This document shows, piece by piece, positions 26,362 through 39,322 of a stretch of 64,000 bases of DNA. Position 1 is the first letter of the stretch. Each line of letters begins with the position of its first letter. The translations under genes and the position numbers were made by a program. Under the pieces are notes generated by a model. That model was not told the origin of the DNA. It searched no databases and saw nothing but the letters and a program-made list of their open reading frames with translations. This DNA comes from Callorhinchus milii (taxonomy: Eukaryota), in NCBI RefSeq assembly GCF_018977255.1, contig NW_024704743.1, forward strand, positions 28,026,001-28,090,000, written 5' to 3'.

Positions 26362-29300
26362 GTTTGTGCAGTTATTTCAACCCCAAACCAGGCCTGAAAC
26401 CACAATGTGTTTTATTTTTTTGGGGGTGGGATTGATATATACCTTCAGCCTCTCTCTGTACTCAGCATTGCATGCCTTGTATTGTAATGTTTTCAAACTG
26501 TTTGGCCAAGAAGTATCAAGGAGACAGAACTTAATTAAAAACTACTACGTGACAAGTGAGGAAGGAGGATATTTGTGGGTCTGTGAAGCATTTAACCTGT
26601 GGTTCCAGTGTTACACAATGGTTTCTTTGTTACCTTCTACCCTAGGCTTAGTGCTGTGTTACATCTCCAGCACCGAGCCATATCACTTTCCTGCGTCGTC
26701 CTGAATTCCCACAGCGCACCACTTTATTGAAAAGAAAATTGTTGTAATTTGTTACCAGCCTTTACTCGGGGAGAGCTGAGACATTGTCTCTTCCTTGTTC
26801 AAGGTACAATATTTGCTGCATAGGAATCTCATTCAATTACACCAGTTATGCCTTCAGGGGATGGCTTTCTCCACACACAAGGAAATTACACTGATCATGA
26901 GAATGTTGAAAGTATATATAAAAAGTATTAAATTGATAGATATGGAATATAGGTTTTAAATCTAGAAGGGGTGGGGGGGGATTGCCTCACGCTAAGCCTT
27001 TTTTATGTTATCATTGTCTCTTCAACTACCTGAGGCAACATGTCTAGAACATCAGTCGACTATGGAATAAGATTACTATCCTAACAAAAATTGTGAATAA
27101 TAAAATCTTCTAAGTGGTGGAATTTGTGACATTTAATAGTGTGTTGGATGATCATAAATAATAAATAACATTATTAAGGAAAGTTGAAGAAATTTTGGTT
27201 GAAAGCAATATGTCTTTCTAACCCTGTTGTTGACGACAGGTTTGCAATTGACAACCACCCCCACCCCCTCTAACTTTGGGGGAATGGTTTCTCCAGCGGG
27301 CCTCTCAGAATCAAGAACCCACCATCTTGGCAGCCGCAATTGGCTGCTGCATTTTGCGCACAAACTGTACAGTCAATTCACTTTACAGTATATTCTGTGA
27401 AGCTCTTTGACACATCTCGAAGACATGATAAGGTGCTATATCAAACGCAAGAATTATTATTATTATTATCTTTGTTTTTAATTTTTAAGTGGAAGGCACG
27501 ATTTTGAAGTCCAGGTGCCAAATTGTTTCGTAGCTTCAAAATGTTCATTTCACAATTACTTTTCCAATATCTGGCCAAGAAGCGGAAAACAAATCTCCTC
27601 CGCAGCCTGATTAAAGACTTCGGACAGCGCCTTGGGATATCCTCCCGACATGAAAGGTGCTATACAAATGTAATTTTGTATTGTAGTGATATAATTTCCC
27701 CTGCCTTGCTCCCCATTTGTACTTAATTGGATCAAAAAATTCCTGTAATAGTTCTAATCAGTAACACCAAACTCTCTTACTCTAACTACTCCCCCATTTT
27801 GTTTGAAACACAGCCATGACTCACTGCTGAAGATTTCTATTAGTTTACACTGTGCAGACTCTCCAGCATTTGAACATTGCAATGTGGTCTCCAGCAGACC
27901 AAGCCAATGCTTTGTTCTTGGTCAAACCCAATGAATGGGCCCTGCCATGATTATGCCCTTTCAGAGACGTTGAAAACCACTGCATAGACCAGCTGAAGAC
28001 ACCGGGTTTTTTTTATTTTTGTTAAGTATTATAACATGGTAAGGCTGACAATGGACATCGAATGAAGAGTGTTAACCATAGAACTTTACAGATCTCAAGA
28101 ACGTTTTTGCTCTCCCCCGACCCACCCCCCACCTCTTTTGAAACATGTTTCAAAACATATCTCTTTGACCACTCTCCTAGTCATCTTTCCCATCCCTCGG
28201 GTCACAACCCCAGCTCAGATGCACATCCAGCCAGTCAATGTGCTTTGAGAGATCCTCCTGATGTGAAATGCAGTACATAAATATAAAATAGTATTGCATT
28301 ATATATGGCTCATTGTGTCTGTGCTGACTCTTTGAAAGAGTAATCCATTCATTCTCATTTAGCTTCCCCCCCCCCCCCCATACCTCTGGAAATTACTTAT
28401 TTTTAGATATACAATTATAGAGATAGGTGTATAGTTCTCTCCAGAAATAAAGTATGCAGAGTTATGCACAGGTCTTTTAGATACCTGACGGCAAATGTTT
28501 TGGCACAATTTACGTCAGTCAACGTGCACGCATCCGTCAATTTACTTTATCAGAGCCGATATTCTCACACTGTTAGTTCAGGTTTATTTATAAACTTAGA
28601 GATGAAAACCACGTAATCTTAATATTGCTGCTGAAGATGTTTGACTCTTCTCCCCCCCTCCACTATTTTAGAATTTGGAATACATGACCTTCACTTCAAT
28701 CAGAGCCTATTTGTCTTCCCCCGCAACCCCCCCACGCCCCACCCCTGACTCCCCCCACCCTTTAAATTGAGAGCATCATATCGTTGCCTCAACATGCTGA
28801 GGAACACAGTCTTATCAGTCTTATCCAAGGTCACGTCAGTCCGCAAACGCAACCATTACTGCAATCGCCTTCGCCTGTTAAGGGCCTTTGTCTTCAAGGA
28901 GAATTACTTGGCAAACACATTTGTTTGGGAGAGAGAATAAAGGATTGTGTCTCCTTTTGATGTACTGTTGTAGTTTCAACACATTTGTATTGCTCGCTGG
29001 TGAACAATCTAAAACATTTTTGCCAAAACATTTTCATGAAATTGTTGCACCCTGTCTCTTTAACATGAGTTAGTTGTAAATCGACTTGATGGCGTTGTCT
29101 GAGGCAATATATGCTCTTACTGAAAGAGTTGCAAAATATATGCATTCTGAATCTATGTTAACTTGAAATGGGATTTGGAAACATTTCACACTCAGGTGTG
29201 AGTGACATAGACTTGTTGACATGCCCAGGGTATAAGAATGCAATTTTTGGAGAACATAACGCAAATTATCTTTCACCGTTGCTTTGTCTTCATCTCTCAA

Positions 29301-29395
29301 GCTAGGAGGACACATAGACTCTCGAGCAGCTGTTTCCTCTGGTAGAAGGATCCCAAACTAGGGAGCATAACCTACAAATTAGAGCTATTCTGGTT

Positions 29396-29600
29396 AACAA
29401 CAACAACAAGATTACATTTGTACAGCACCTTTCACATCGGGAAGACGTCCCAAGTCGCTGGACAGTGTACAGCATTTCGACCCAAGCTGTGGTCAGGGAG
29501 GGAGAAGGGAGGGGAGGAGAGGGGAAAGGGAGTGACCAATGGCATGGTCGAAGAGGAGGGTTTTGAGGCAGGACTTGAAGTATGTTAAGGAGGGGGCGAG
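29396..29600 (-). mobile_element. L2 LINE 3' end fragment
   Basis: (caa)n, then ctttcacatcgggaagacgtcccaag and a purine-rich UTR. Confidence 0.75.
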
Positions 29601-31159
29601 GCGGAGTGAAAACAACTTGGGTTATGTACAAAATACTGTCCCAAAGGAATAGGATACAGAATTAATTGGTTTCAAGAGACCTAAATGAGAAGAGATACGG
29701 AAATTAGATTAAAAGATAATGCCATGGTCTAATAAAACTATGGACAGGTTGCAGGTTGAATGGCTATTGTTGCTCCTATCTTCCACAGAAGACAATAACA
29801 CACGTGGCAGGGTGGTGCAACGGGGTACTAGAAGCACTCTCGTAGTTTGCCAAATGGGCCATTCTTCAAGTGTGAGGATAACCTTGACATTCAGTACATT
29901 CAGGCTATTGAACAATCTGGCATTACAGCCAAACTCAATCCTGCCCTCACATGACTTCCACCTACACTTAGCAGCAGAAGTCACTGAATAGCCAGAACCT
30001 CAATGGATTTTTTGCTGAGTCCAACTCTCACATCCCTGCTAAGAACAGTTCATTTAGCACAGACCAGGGATCAAACCTGACACATTATTTGTAGGCATGG
30101 CCTTACCATTTCCCCACTGAGTCATTGAGGGAAGAACGAAAAGATAATTTGTTAACAGTAAAATTCTATCTGGTCACATCTGTACTCTGATCTGCATTGC
30201 TTAGTTGTGTGTCACATGGCACTTCAGTAAATGTCAGAAGGTATAGCAAGCTGAGGCCAAAACTAACAATACCGAGGTACATGACTTTAGGAGAGCAAAC
30301 TCTGGAGCTGGAGGGATTATGTGAGAAACAAAATCAGCAAATAAAGGAAAATTGAGTTTTTAAGACCGTCTTAAACATTATGGAAAGAAAATATATCAAC
30401 ATGAGCAGAAAGTAAAACATAGTGAGCCCAAACCACAATAGCTCAATGAGAAGGTCATAACTAACCTGTTGGCCAAACAGAAATATTTTAGTAGGTACAG
30501 GTGATGGTAGTCAGGGGAAACTTAGTGAGTCGCGGATATCTAGGAGCACAGTATTAATGAGGTAAGAAACAGTAGAGAGGGAAACTGCAGATAATAATAA
30601 TAATCATCTTTTCATTTGATATAGCGCCTCATCACGTCATTGAGACATCTCAAAGCGCTTCACAGAATATACTGTAAAGTGAATTGACTGTATATTTTGT
30701 GGGTGAAAGCCAAGATAACACAAGAGGATCCAAAACCTTGTTTCAGTTATGTTAGTGACAGGTGACGTGTTGGAAACTTGTACTTTGACCTTTGTTGCAT
30801 AGATATGTGTCACATGGCACTACAATAAACGTCACAAGATATGCCAGGCTGAGGCCAAAAATAAGAATACAGAATTTCTGAATATCAGCTTTCAGAGAGC
30901 AAACTCTCTGAGAGGATTGTGTCGGAAACAGAATCAGAAACACGAACAGAGTGAGTTCCTTTAAGGGAAACCTTGGGAAAAGATAGAGAAAGTCAAAGAT
31001 GGCAGGTGTATGAAATAACTTTTTCACATCAGTTTCTTTAGAATTCAAGGCTTATCAAATTCCAGATCTATGCATTTTGGCTTGGGGAACCTACAACATC
31101 AGTGCACATCGGTAAAACACATGTTTTCAAGAAACTGACATTTTTGTACGATTGCCAAA

Positions 31160-31300
31160 TCTAGAAAAGATTCCTGAGGATTGGAAAGTAGCAAAAATAA
31201 CTCAATTTACAGTATTTAAAGATAGAATAAGGAGAAATACCTGGAAACCAGACCCGTAACTTTAACATTAGTTATAGGCAAGGTCTTTGAAACAATTTAG
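31160..31300 (+). mobile_element. Decayed CR1 RT fragment
   Basis: attcctgaggattggaaagtagca encodes IPEDWKVA, followed by an RPV.LT-like sequence. Confidence 0.7.
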
Positions 31301-32939
31301 AGATATTTGAAGCTTGAAATACTACCTAGCATTAGTCTAGAAGATCATTTTATCTGAGAATGTAACGTAAAATGAACTTAGAAGCTGGATCTTAAAGATA
31401 ACTTAAGTTTTATAAAACATGTTATTTCAGGCAATGATTGGGATAGGCCCTGATGAAGTATTGACAGTTGTTGGTCATTCTTCTGAATAACAACCATGGA
31501 GAAGCCACTTTGTTTGTCACTTTGTGGAACACGAGTATTGTTCAACAGTGGGGGAAATGCTGATTGTCGGAGGCGTCATGATACAGATAGGTTGTTAAAC
31601 TAGGGTTCCATATGCATGTTAAAGATATTGTGAGCTCTTTGAAACCTCTTCATTTGGCATCTTTCCTGTGTGCTGAATGGAAAGTAGCAGATTCCACAAG
31701 GCTCCACTTGTTTCTCAATCCAAGCAGCCACTCACCTGTCGTTTCAGTAAAACTAGAGCACTTCAAACCACAGTCGAGCAATAGTGCTATTAAAGCTAGG
31801 TCTGAGCGGCATTCTGCCAAGACAGCTACCTTTACATGGTGCCAAGGATAAAGATCAAATAAGAACTTTTTGAAGAGCTGGCATCTTGTGGTTATTGATG
31901 AAGACCTGAGGAAAGTGCTATTCCATATTGTTTGTAATATGCTCTTGACATCACTGAATAAGACTCATGTGAGCCAGGAGGAGAGTAATAAAAATTAGAA
32001 CCCGCTAAAACCACTACCAGCAATAAAACATCTGTTCTACAGTATAGAATGCTGGTAGACTCACAAGCTTCATCTCTTCATAAATACAGTAGGTCTTGTT
32101 TGCCTGTTCAGGTGGACATTAAAAACACAATTTGAAAAAGAAGGAGGTTCCTTCCCTGATCGTGGCCAACAGTGATTATTAATGAAGACCTGAGGAAACT
32201 GCTGTTTTGTGTGATACATTCTTGGCGTCACTGAATTTCAGTGCCTTGGGATGTCCTCCCAACGTGAAAGATGCTATATAATCCATTTGTGTTATTGTTG
32301 AATAAGACTCTTACTAATTGGTTATGCATTCCATGTTTTTTGCGAGATCCCTGTTGGTGTAACCGGTTACATATTTGCTATAAAAGTTAATTGCAACACT
32401 TGAGAGTAATTGCCTATGAGGGACTTTCAGGCATTCTGATATGTTAAGGAGCTATAAAGGCCAAGTCCAGTTTTAAGGTTCTTTCTGTAAATGAATGAAT
32501 GAATACTTAGTGTGATGAGGACAGTAATCTCCTTGGATTAACTGAATAACAAGAATTATTGTATTTTGTACAAGGGATGAAATTTGTACTACAAACAAGT
32601 ATGGGTGATTTGAATTGAGCTCGTTCCTGGAGGTACCTTGTGCCTCTTGCTTTATAAGATAATAGAAACGACAGCACATATGAAAGTCATTCGGCACATC
32701 AAGCCTACGTTCTGCTGGATCCTTGGCTGGAACTAACTGCACTAATACTAATTCCCAACTCTTTCCCCGCACCCTTTCATCTTGTTCTTCTTCAAATATT
32801 TATCCAATTCCCTTTTATTTTTGTGGGAAAGGGTGCAGGAATTCATGGTTTCCGAATCTATAAAGATCTCCATCAAAGAAAAGAGAGCTTTGTGTGGAGA
32901 TCTTCAGTGCACAACATCATTTCATTGCTTGGTCCACAG

Positions 32940-33074
32940 GCCAGCGTTGGGTGGTCTTCTGTCCTCATCATACCGACAACATCAGGAGTCGCTTGCAGCT
33001 GAGCGAGAGAAACGCCGGCAAGAGAGAGAGGAAAGACTGCAACGGATAGAGCGGGAAGAAAGGAACCGATTCAG
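32940..33074 (+). CDS. FHOD3: FHOD3 internal exon E (135 nt, phase 2-2), coiled coil: PALGGLLSSSYRQHQESLAAEREKRRQEREERLQRIEREERNRF
   Basis: Acceptor ccacAG|, donor CAG|gtaagg. Near-identical to the recalled human GLLTSSFRQHQESLAAERERRRQEREERLQRIEREERNKF. Confidence 0.96.
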
Positions 33075-33239
33075 GTAAGGCATTGTGAGATCAAGGATAT
33101 AGTGGAAGGTAGATTGTAGGGCGGAGGTACAAGGCCCCGGAAGTGAGTGAATGTAACCACTTATATTTTCTGAATCAAAAAAATGGTTTGAAAGTTGGCA
33201 GCTAATTTACGTAAGGGAGCATGAGAAAGTATGGCCGCA

Positions 33240-33890
33240 GAACTTTATAGCACAGAAGCAGGCCGTTCAGCTCATCATGCTTTTGCTATCTTCTGAAAGA
33301 GCTATATGTTAGGTCCAATTCTTCTGTCTCTGCCCCATACCCCTTTATGCTTCTCCTTTTCAGAAATGTATCTACTTCTCTTTGAAAAGTTAATAAGGAT
33401 TCTGCCACAACCACAGTTCCAGGTTGGGCACTCCCAAGTCGTCCATGTAAAAAATAATTCTCTTCACCTCTCCCTTTGTACTCATAGGAATTACCTTGTG
33501 CCCTTTAAATACTGACTCACCGAGTATAGAATCGTATTAATATACAACACAGAAGAAGGTCATTCGGGACATCATGTCCGTCTGGCTCTTTTAAAGAGCA
33601 ATCCTTTCAATCCCTTTCCTCGTACCCCTGTTAGTTTGCTTCTTTTTTTAGATATTAATCTTGTTTCCCTTTTGAAAGTTAATATGGATTTTGCATCAAC
33701 TGTTGCTCCCAGCAGGGCATTCCATATCCTAACTACTCAGTACGTGAAAAATATTCTCCCCATTTGCCCATTTGCTAACTCTCTTAAATTGATGCCTTCT
33801 ACATGCTAACTGACCGACCGGTGGAAATAATTTCTCAATATTGACTCATTCAAAGCCACTCATAGCTTTAAAAACCTCTCCAAGGTGACA
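33240..33890 (-). mobile_element. Two decayed CR1 3' ends
   Basis: Reverse-tail signatures agcacagaagcaggccgttcagc and aacacagaagaaggtcattcgg, with a related downstream body. Confidence 0.6.
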
Positions 33891-34853
33891 ATCCTAGTTT
33901 GCTCTCTGAACGGCATGTTTAAGAGCAGACTGGAATTAGTGGTGGTGGCCATCAGCAGGTTACCCATTGTGCTCTCAGCTTTGGTGCAGGAATGTCCAAG
34001 ATAGAGGACGTGATGAAGTTATTTTGTGAAAGAGGGAGTACACTCTGAATTTAAAAGAAAAAGAGATAAATGAAGCAGGCGCAAGTCTCCTTGGCTCACT
34101 GACAGAACTATTGTGTTTTAGGTAACTGCAGTTGATCTCCTGTTTTCCCTAAAAAAGTGGTTGACAGAGAAAAACTTGTACAACTCCCGTAAGTGTGCAG
34201 AAATTGGAGCAGTGGAGTTGTTCGCACTAGACCAGCAGGTTGATCAATTAAAGGTCAATGAAAATGTTACCAATATTAAAATTACCCGGCTTGTACATGT
34301 GTAGTTTTTTCCTGAATATTTTACAAAAGTACTATTTGTGAAGTACTCAAGCATTCGGCCAAACTATAGGATCTAAATAGGTTGGCATTACATCAGGAGC
34401 TCTTCAGTATAATGGTAACTTTACAGAAACGTCCAGTGCTTCTTTTGTGTGAGCATTTGGCTGAGATAACTTGTTGGAACCGAAGACCTTCCAGTAATTT
34501 TGCGTCCCCCGAGGATGATAAAGATACTCTGAGACGTTACCTGTACCATTACTTGGATGAATTACAGTGCAAGGGTAGCCTGCTGTTTTAAGTACAAAGC
34601 TGGCAGTGGTGTAAGGAAGGAGTCTTTGCTTGCGTGAATATCCATGTGTACACGTGGACAATTATCCTCTAAGGTCACGTATGACCAAATGTTAAAAGTC
34701 TTCACAGCCACGCGATGCTCAGATTCTGTTTTTGAATAAATTCTTAGAGAATGTGCAGGGCAAAGTGAGAGTTTCCATTGAGCTCTGCCTGTCTGTTCCA
34801 GTAGCTTTTGCTGCTCCCTTTGACAACAGTTCTTTCTCTTTCCTGTCTTCTAG

Positions 34854-34904
34854 TCGGGGCTACGTAGAAAAAAGAGAAGAACAGAGATTGGCAAGAGAAG
34901 AAAG
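34854..34904 (+). CDS. FHOD3: FHOD3 internal exon F (51 nt, phase 2-2): RGYVEKREEQRLAREER
   Basis: Acceptor tcttctAG|, donor AAG|gtttgc. Matches the recalled human SRDYLDKREEQRQAREER. Confidence 0.92.
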
Positions 34905-37034
34905 GTTTGCATTTTGTGTGGGGGTTTTTTCCAAAAGAAATGCTTTTATTGTCATCTTTATCAGAGGTGCAAGCATTCCTTTGCTTTTTGATTTGGAAAG
35001 GGAGTAAATGCTATTTTTGAGGTTGTCTTTATAAAATCTTTATTGCATTTTTCTTTTTGCCTGGTTCCAGCACTGGCTGTGGGAGATGTTTGTGTGATTC
35101 TGAAAGCCAGGGATGGTCGCATCTTGTTCCCATTTCTCATAGGAGTGACAGGTCTACTTTCCCCTTTCACCACTGGTAATAATAATAATTCTTGCATTTG
35201 ATGCAGCATTTGATGTGGCAATGCAGCAGGTCCTCACATGATGGTGTCAGGCTCAGTACTGGCATCAGCACATCAAGCTGTTTTGCTTCTGCAAGAAAGA
35301 AGGCAGTGGTTGTCTTATTGATGGTATTTCTTAATAAGCTTCCTGGATAAGAAATCACATCAGCATTCCTATCGACCCACAGTCACTTCATTCGAGAACG
35401 GACTGGTTCAAGCTGAGTTCCCACACATTGACATCATTTGCACAACTCCGATTCCTTGTTATGGAATCCTGTTAAAAGAATACTCACTAAATATAAATAG
35501 ATCGCTTTTCTCAGAAAGGTACTGTTCTGAAGTAACATTACAGCCTAGGATTAGCACAACCCAGGACAAGAACAAAGTGATCACCTACTCATACCCTCTG
35601 CTCACCCTTAAATCAGCGGCCCAGATAGCACCTCACCCATGTGTCAACAGCAATACAATACAAAATACATTTATAAAGCGCCTTTCACGTTCAGAGGATG
35701 GCCCAAGGAGCTGAACAGTAGATTATGAATCAAACCAGAAGACCACTATTTGGAGAAAGATGTATTTGACCTTGTAATGAAATTGATTTGCTCATCAATG
35801 CTCAGTGCTGCAGATTGGAAATGTTGTCCACTTTTGTCTCCCAGCATCATCCATCACATACTTCCATCTCAGCTATACCAAAGACATAAAATGTCCTTCT
35901 TCCCCACCAATCATCAAATGTTTTACAGCATATGAGGAGGTCATTGGCCTATCTGGCCATCCACTTTTAATCCATTTCCCTGCACATTCTCAATCACCAT
36001 CATTTTTGGGGGGGATAATTTGGGTGTCAGTATTATGAGTGAGCTTACAGTTTAGTGCCAATATTTATGTAATGCTGTGTGTATGTGTGCTAAAGTTATG
36101 CCCGTCACAAACTACGGTCGAGACTTGAAATGGGAAATTTCAGCAGAGAAGGAAGCTATTCGATTCACAGCACACTACTGTAAATACTGCCATCCTATAA
36201 TAGTGGAGACAATTAAAACTCAAGTTAATTTAGGAGCTTTGCAGGTGACAAAGAGATGAGATTTACATGTCATCAGTCAGAGCTACATTTTGATTCTGGC
36301 ACCAGAATCTAAAGCCCAGACTCTCTGTGGCACCCACATTTCTTGGAAATTAATGTACTTCCTATTCAATGATGGAGTTTTCAATTCTGTCGATTGTAGC
36401 TAGTCTGGTTTTGTGGTTGCTTTTATGTGATGGTAGAAGCACATATTTACAGTCAGTTCCACACGAATGACTGTTGGGGAAAAAAACTAGATAAAACTAA
36501 ATCTGAAAACGTCTTTGGAGGAGCCAGGACTGAGAGTTATTTGAGCGCTAATGTTTTAAGTATGAGGAGTATGATTGGTAGCAGGCAGTAACAAACAGTT
36601 CAGGAGCACTGTCCATGCAAATGCAAACCAGATGTATTTTTCCTTTCCTGAGCAGTCTTTGATGAACAAAGCCAATGTGACGTAGAGTTGCATACCACTG
36701 GAATAAACGCAGGTTCAGGGAGGCAAGAAAATGTTTAGAAGGTGGTGAAAGCTTGTGTGTTCATGTCGTGCTGAAACGGAGGGAAAAATCTCTGCTGCTA
36801 AATGTCTGGGAGGAACTATTAGAGGGTTTCAGCCTCTTGAAGTCTTTGTGCAGATAATCTCTGGATGTGACCAGCTCAGATGCACTTTGGCCTCCTTCAT
36901 CTTTCTTAAGGTTGGCTTTGAGTTCAGCCAAGAAGGGGTTTGCTGTGACAGAGTCCGCAGGCTCGGTAATGCATGCAGAGAGCCACAGCGTCACGCAGCA
37001 TTGATAGCTGAGCCTCTTGTGGGCTTCTTTTCAG

Positions 37035-37246
37035 ATACAAGTACGTGGAGAAGCTCGCGGCGGAGGAGTACGAGAAGGAAGCGAGGAACCGGGCTCCCCG
37101 GGCACGCAGCGACCTGTCCTTGAGCCTGAGTTCGCCCGTGGCTCCATCGACCCAGGCCCCAAAGTCCGTGATTCCCTCGTCTACAGAATCTCAGGAGGAG
37201 CCAGAGACACCATCAGCCACGTGCGATTCCCCGCAGCCTGTTGAAT
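37035..37246 (+). CDS. FHOD3: FHOD3 internal exon G (212 nt, phase 2-1): YKYVEKLAAEEYEKEARNRAPRARSDLSLSLSSP...PQPVE
   Basis: Acceptor ttttcAG|, donor AAT|gtgagt. Matches the recalled human YKYLEQLAAEEHEKE..RADLSLDLTSP. Confidence 0.93.
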
Positions 37247-38069
37247 GTGAGTACCGGGGACAGGGGGTGGAGTCTACTTGATTCATGGTCTGGGTTCGTG
37301 TTTAAATAGACTTTCAGCATTGCAGCTATTATTCAGGTGAAGTTGCACACGTGTGACTGTAATAATGATATAATAATAATAATCCTTGCATTTGATATAG
37401 CGCCTTATCACATCGGTGAGACGTCTCAAAAGCGCATCATAGAATATACTGTAAAGTAAATTGTCTGTATATTTTGTGGGCGAGACTATCTGCGTTTAAT
37501 GCTTTCACTGTCAATGCACAAAATAAGACTGCTGTGAAATTACAACCTGGTCACTGAAGTACACGCTGAGCACTCAGAGGGACTCAAAATGTCACATTCA
37601 TAAACTATCATTCATAAAAGTCAGAATTGTGGCTGGCGTTCTGTTTTTCGAGACATTGTTTCAGTCAAGAAAAGACCCAAACAACAGCACCTTACATTGA
37701 TATAGCACCCTTCACGTAGGGTAAGTGTTCTGGAACACTTACAGTCTGAAAAAAAGTCATAAAACAAAACCTGGCCTCAAAACAGCCTGTGCTAGCATTC
37801 ATTTGATCGTTTATTTGTAATGTAGCAAATCTATTAGTGAAAGGTGTCATTTCAAAACACAAACCAGAAATGACAATTCACAGGTTGCAAAATGCCTCAA
37901 TTTCAACTCCGCTTTTGCCATTTTGATTTTCAATGTCTTCATTGTTTTTTTCTCTCCTCATCATCTGAATGCTTTTTACTCATTCTCCCTTATACAAGAT
38001 ATGATTCCACAAGTGTTGGACATCTTTCAGTACCTCTCCCAAGTGAGTCTTATTATTCATGTGTGAGCT

Positions 38070-38285
38070 TCGAGAGCGAGTGGTGACTAGTGAATTGACC
38101 ACAGGAGGGAATCACAGCCAAGTCTGATCCTATCCTCATCCAAAGTCCACATACATGCCCCAACAGCTCCTCCAGCTGATATCAGCTAACTCAGAGAGAC
38201 TGGATTTAAACTAGCAGCTTTTGGGTGTGTATGGGCAAGGGCTCCTTGGGCAGGGTGTTTACTCACTATACCAGTGGGAGAGCCC
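38070..38285 (-). mobile_element. Ancient unclassified tRNA-SINE-like repeat (related copies at about 15730-15870, 17650-17880, 18190-18400, 29990-30130, 49590-49910)
   Basis: Shared core atcagctaactcagcacagacc / ggtctgtgct.a.tgagct.atc across these loci. Confidence 0.5.
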
Positions 38286-39322
38286 ATGAGATGCAAGGGA
38301 GGCAATTCAAATGTTTTTTTAAATATTATGTTTTACCATTTATTCTCAACTTGCTGTTTAAGTGCTTTGAAATGCCCCCCACCCACGTGAAGAGCGATAC
38401 GTAAATGCAAATTGTTGTTGTTTGACTGCTCTTGGCTCAAACGGGCAACTCTGACATAGATTGAGTCAAACAGTTGTGTATGGCCATTGGCACAAGTGTA
38501 CATGTTATATATTGGCTTAAATTAACATTTTTTAAAAAAATTATGGGAGCTGGACCAGGGCTTTATCAAAAGTTCCTTTATTCATAGTTATTGATCTCTT
38601 TCTATTTTAATTGAATGAGATACTTTTTCCAATCATATTAGCACGTTCTGCCATGAATTGAGTGCAGGTTTCAATTTAAGGAGTTAGTCACAAGTATAAC
38701 TGGTCATTCTATGATATGAAGTATAACCTGTCTTGTAATTGATTATCTTGAGTAATGAGTATTGACCTAATCATATAACTGCTGGATGGTCTGTTTCTGT
38801 AATTGCAAAATAACATGTAATAGGAGATGAGTAAGGACATTTGAGAATGTCAAGTATTCATAGGATGACCTGCGAGGTACCTGAACACACACCAAGTAGG
38901 CTATATTGTCCAGTTGAAAATTGAATGTCTCCTTCAGTGTTTTGTCACCTCCATGCAACAAAATATGTACTGTGTATAATGTGTTTCTTGGAATATGCAA
39001 AATTTAATGATATTCACATGAGGAAGAAGAGAATGGAAGGGTAAGGGAGTAAGTAAAGAGTAGGTGGAGACTCATGTGGAATATAAATGCTCACATGGAC
39101 TAGTTGGGCCAAATGGCCTGTGTCCATACTGTACATTCTATGCAAAAATAAATTGTGTTTCTTGGGTTTTATCAGATCTAAGACCATCAGCAGGACACTG
39201 ACTCATTTTAGAAATTGCTGTACCTGGTAATGGAAAATGATTAGGTTGGCATTATGGAAGGAAGGGGCCTTCAACATCCAAATCTCCCTTTGATAACAAT
39301 AATATTAATTATCCTTACATTT

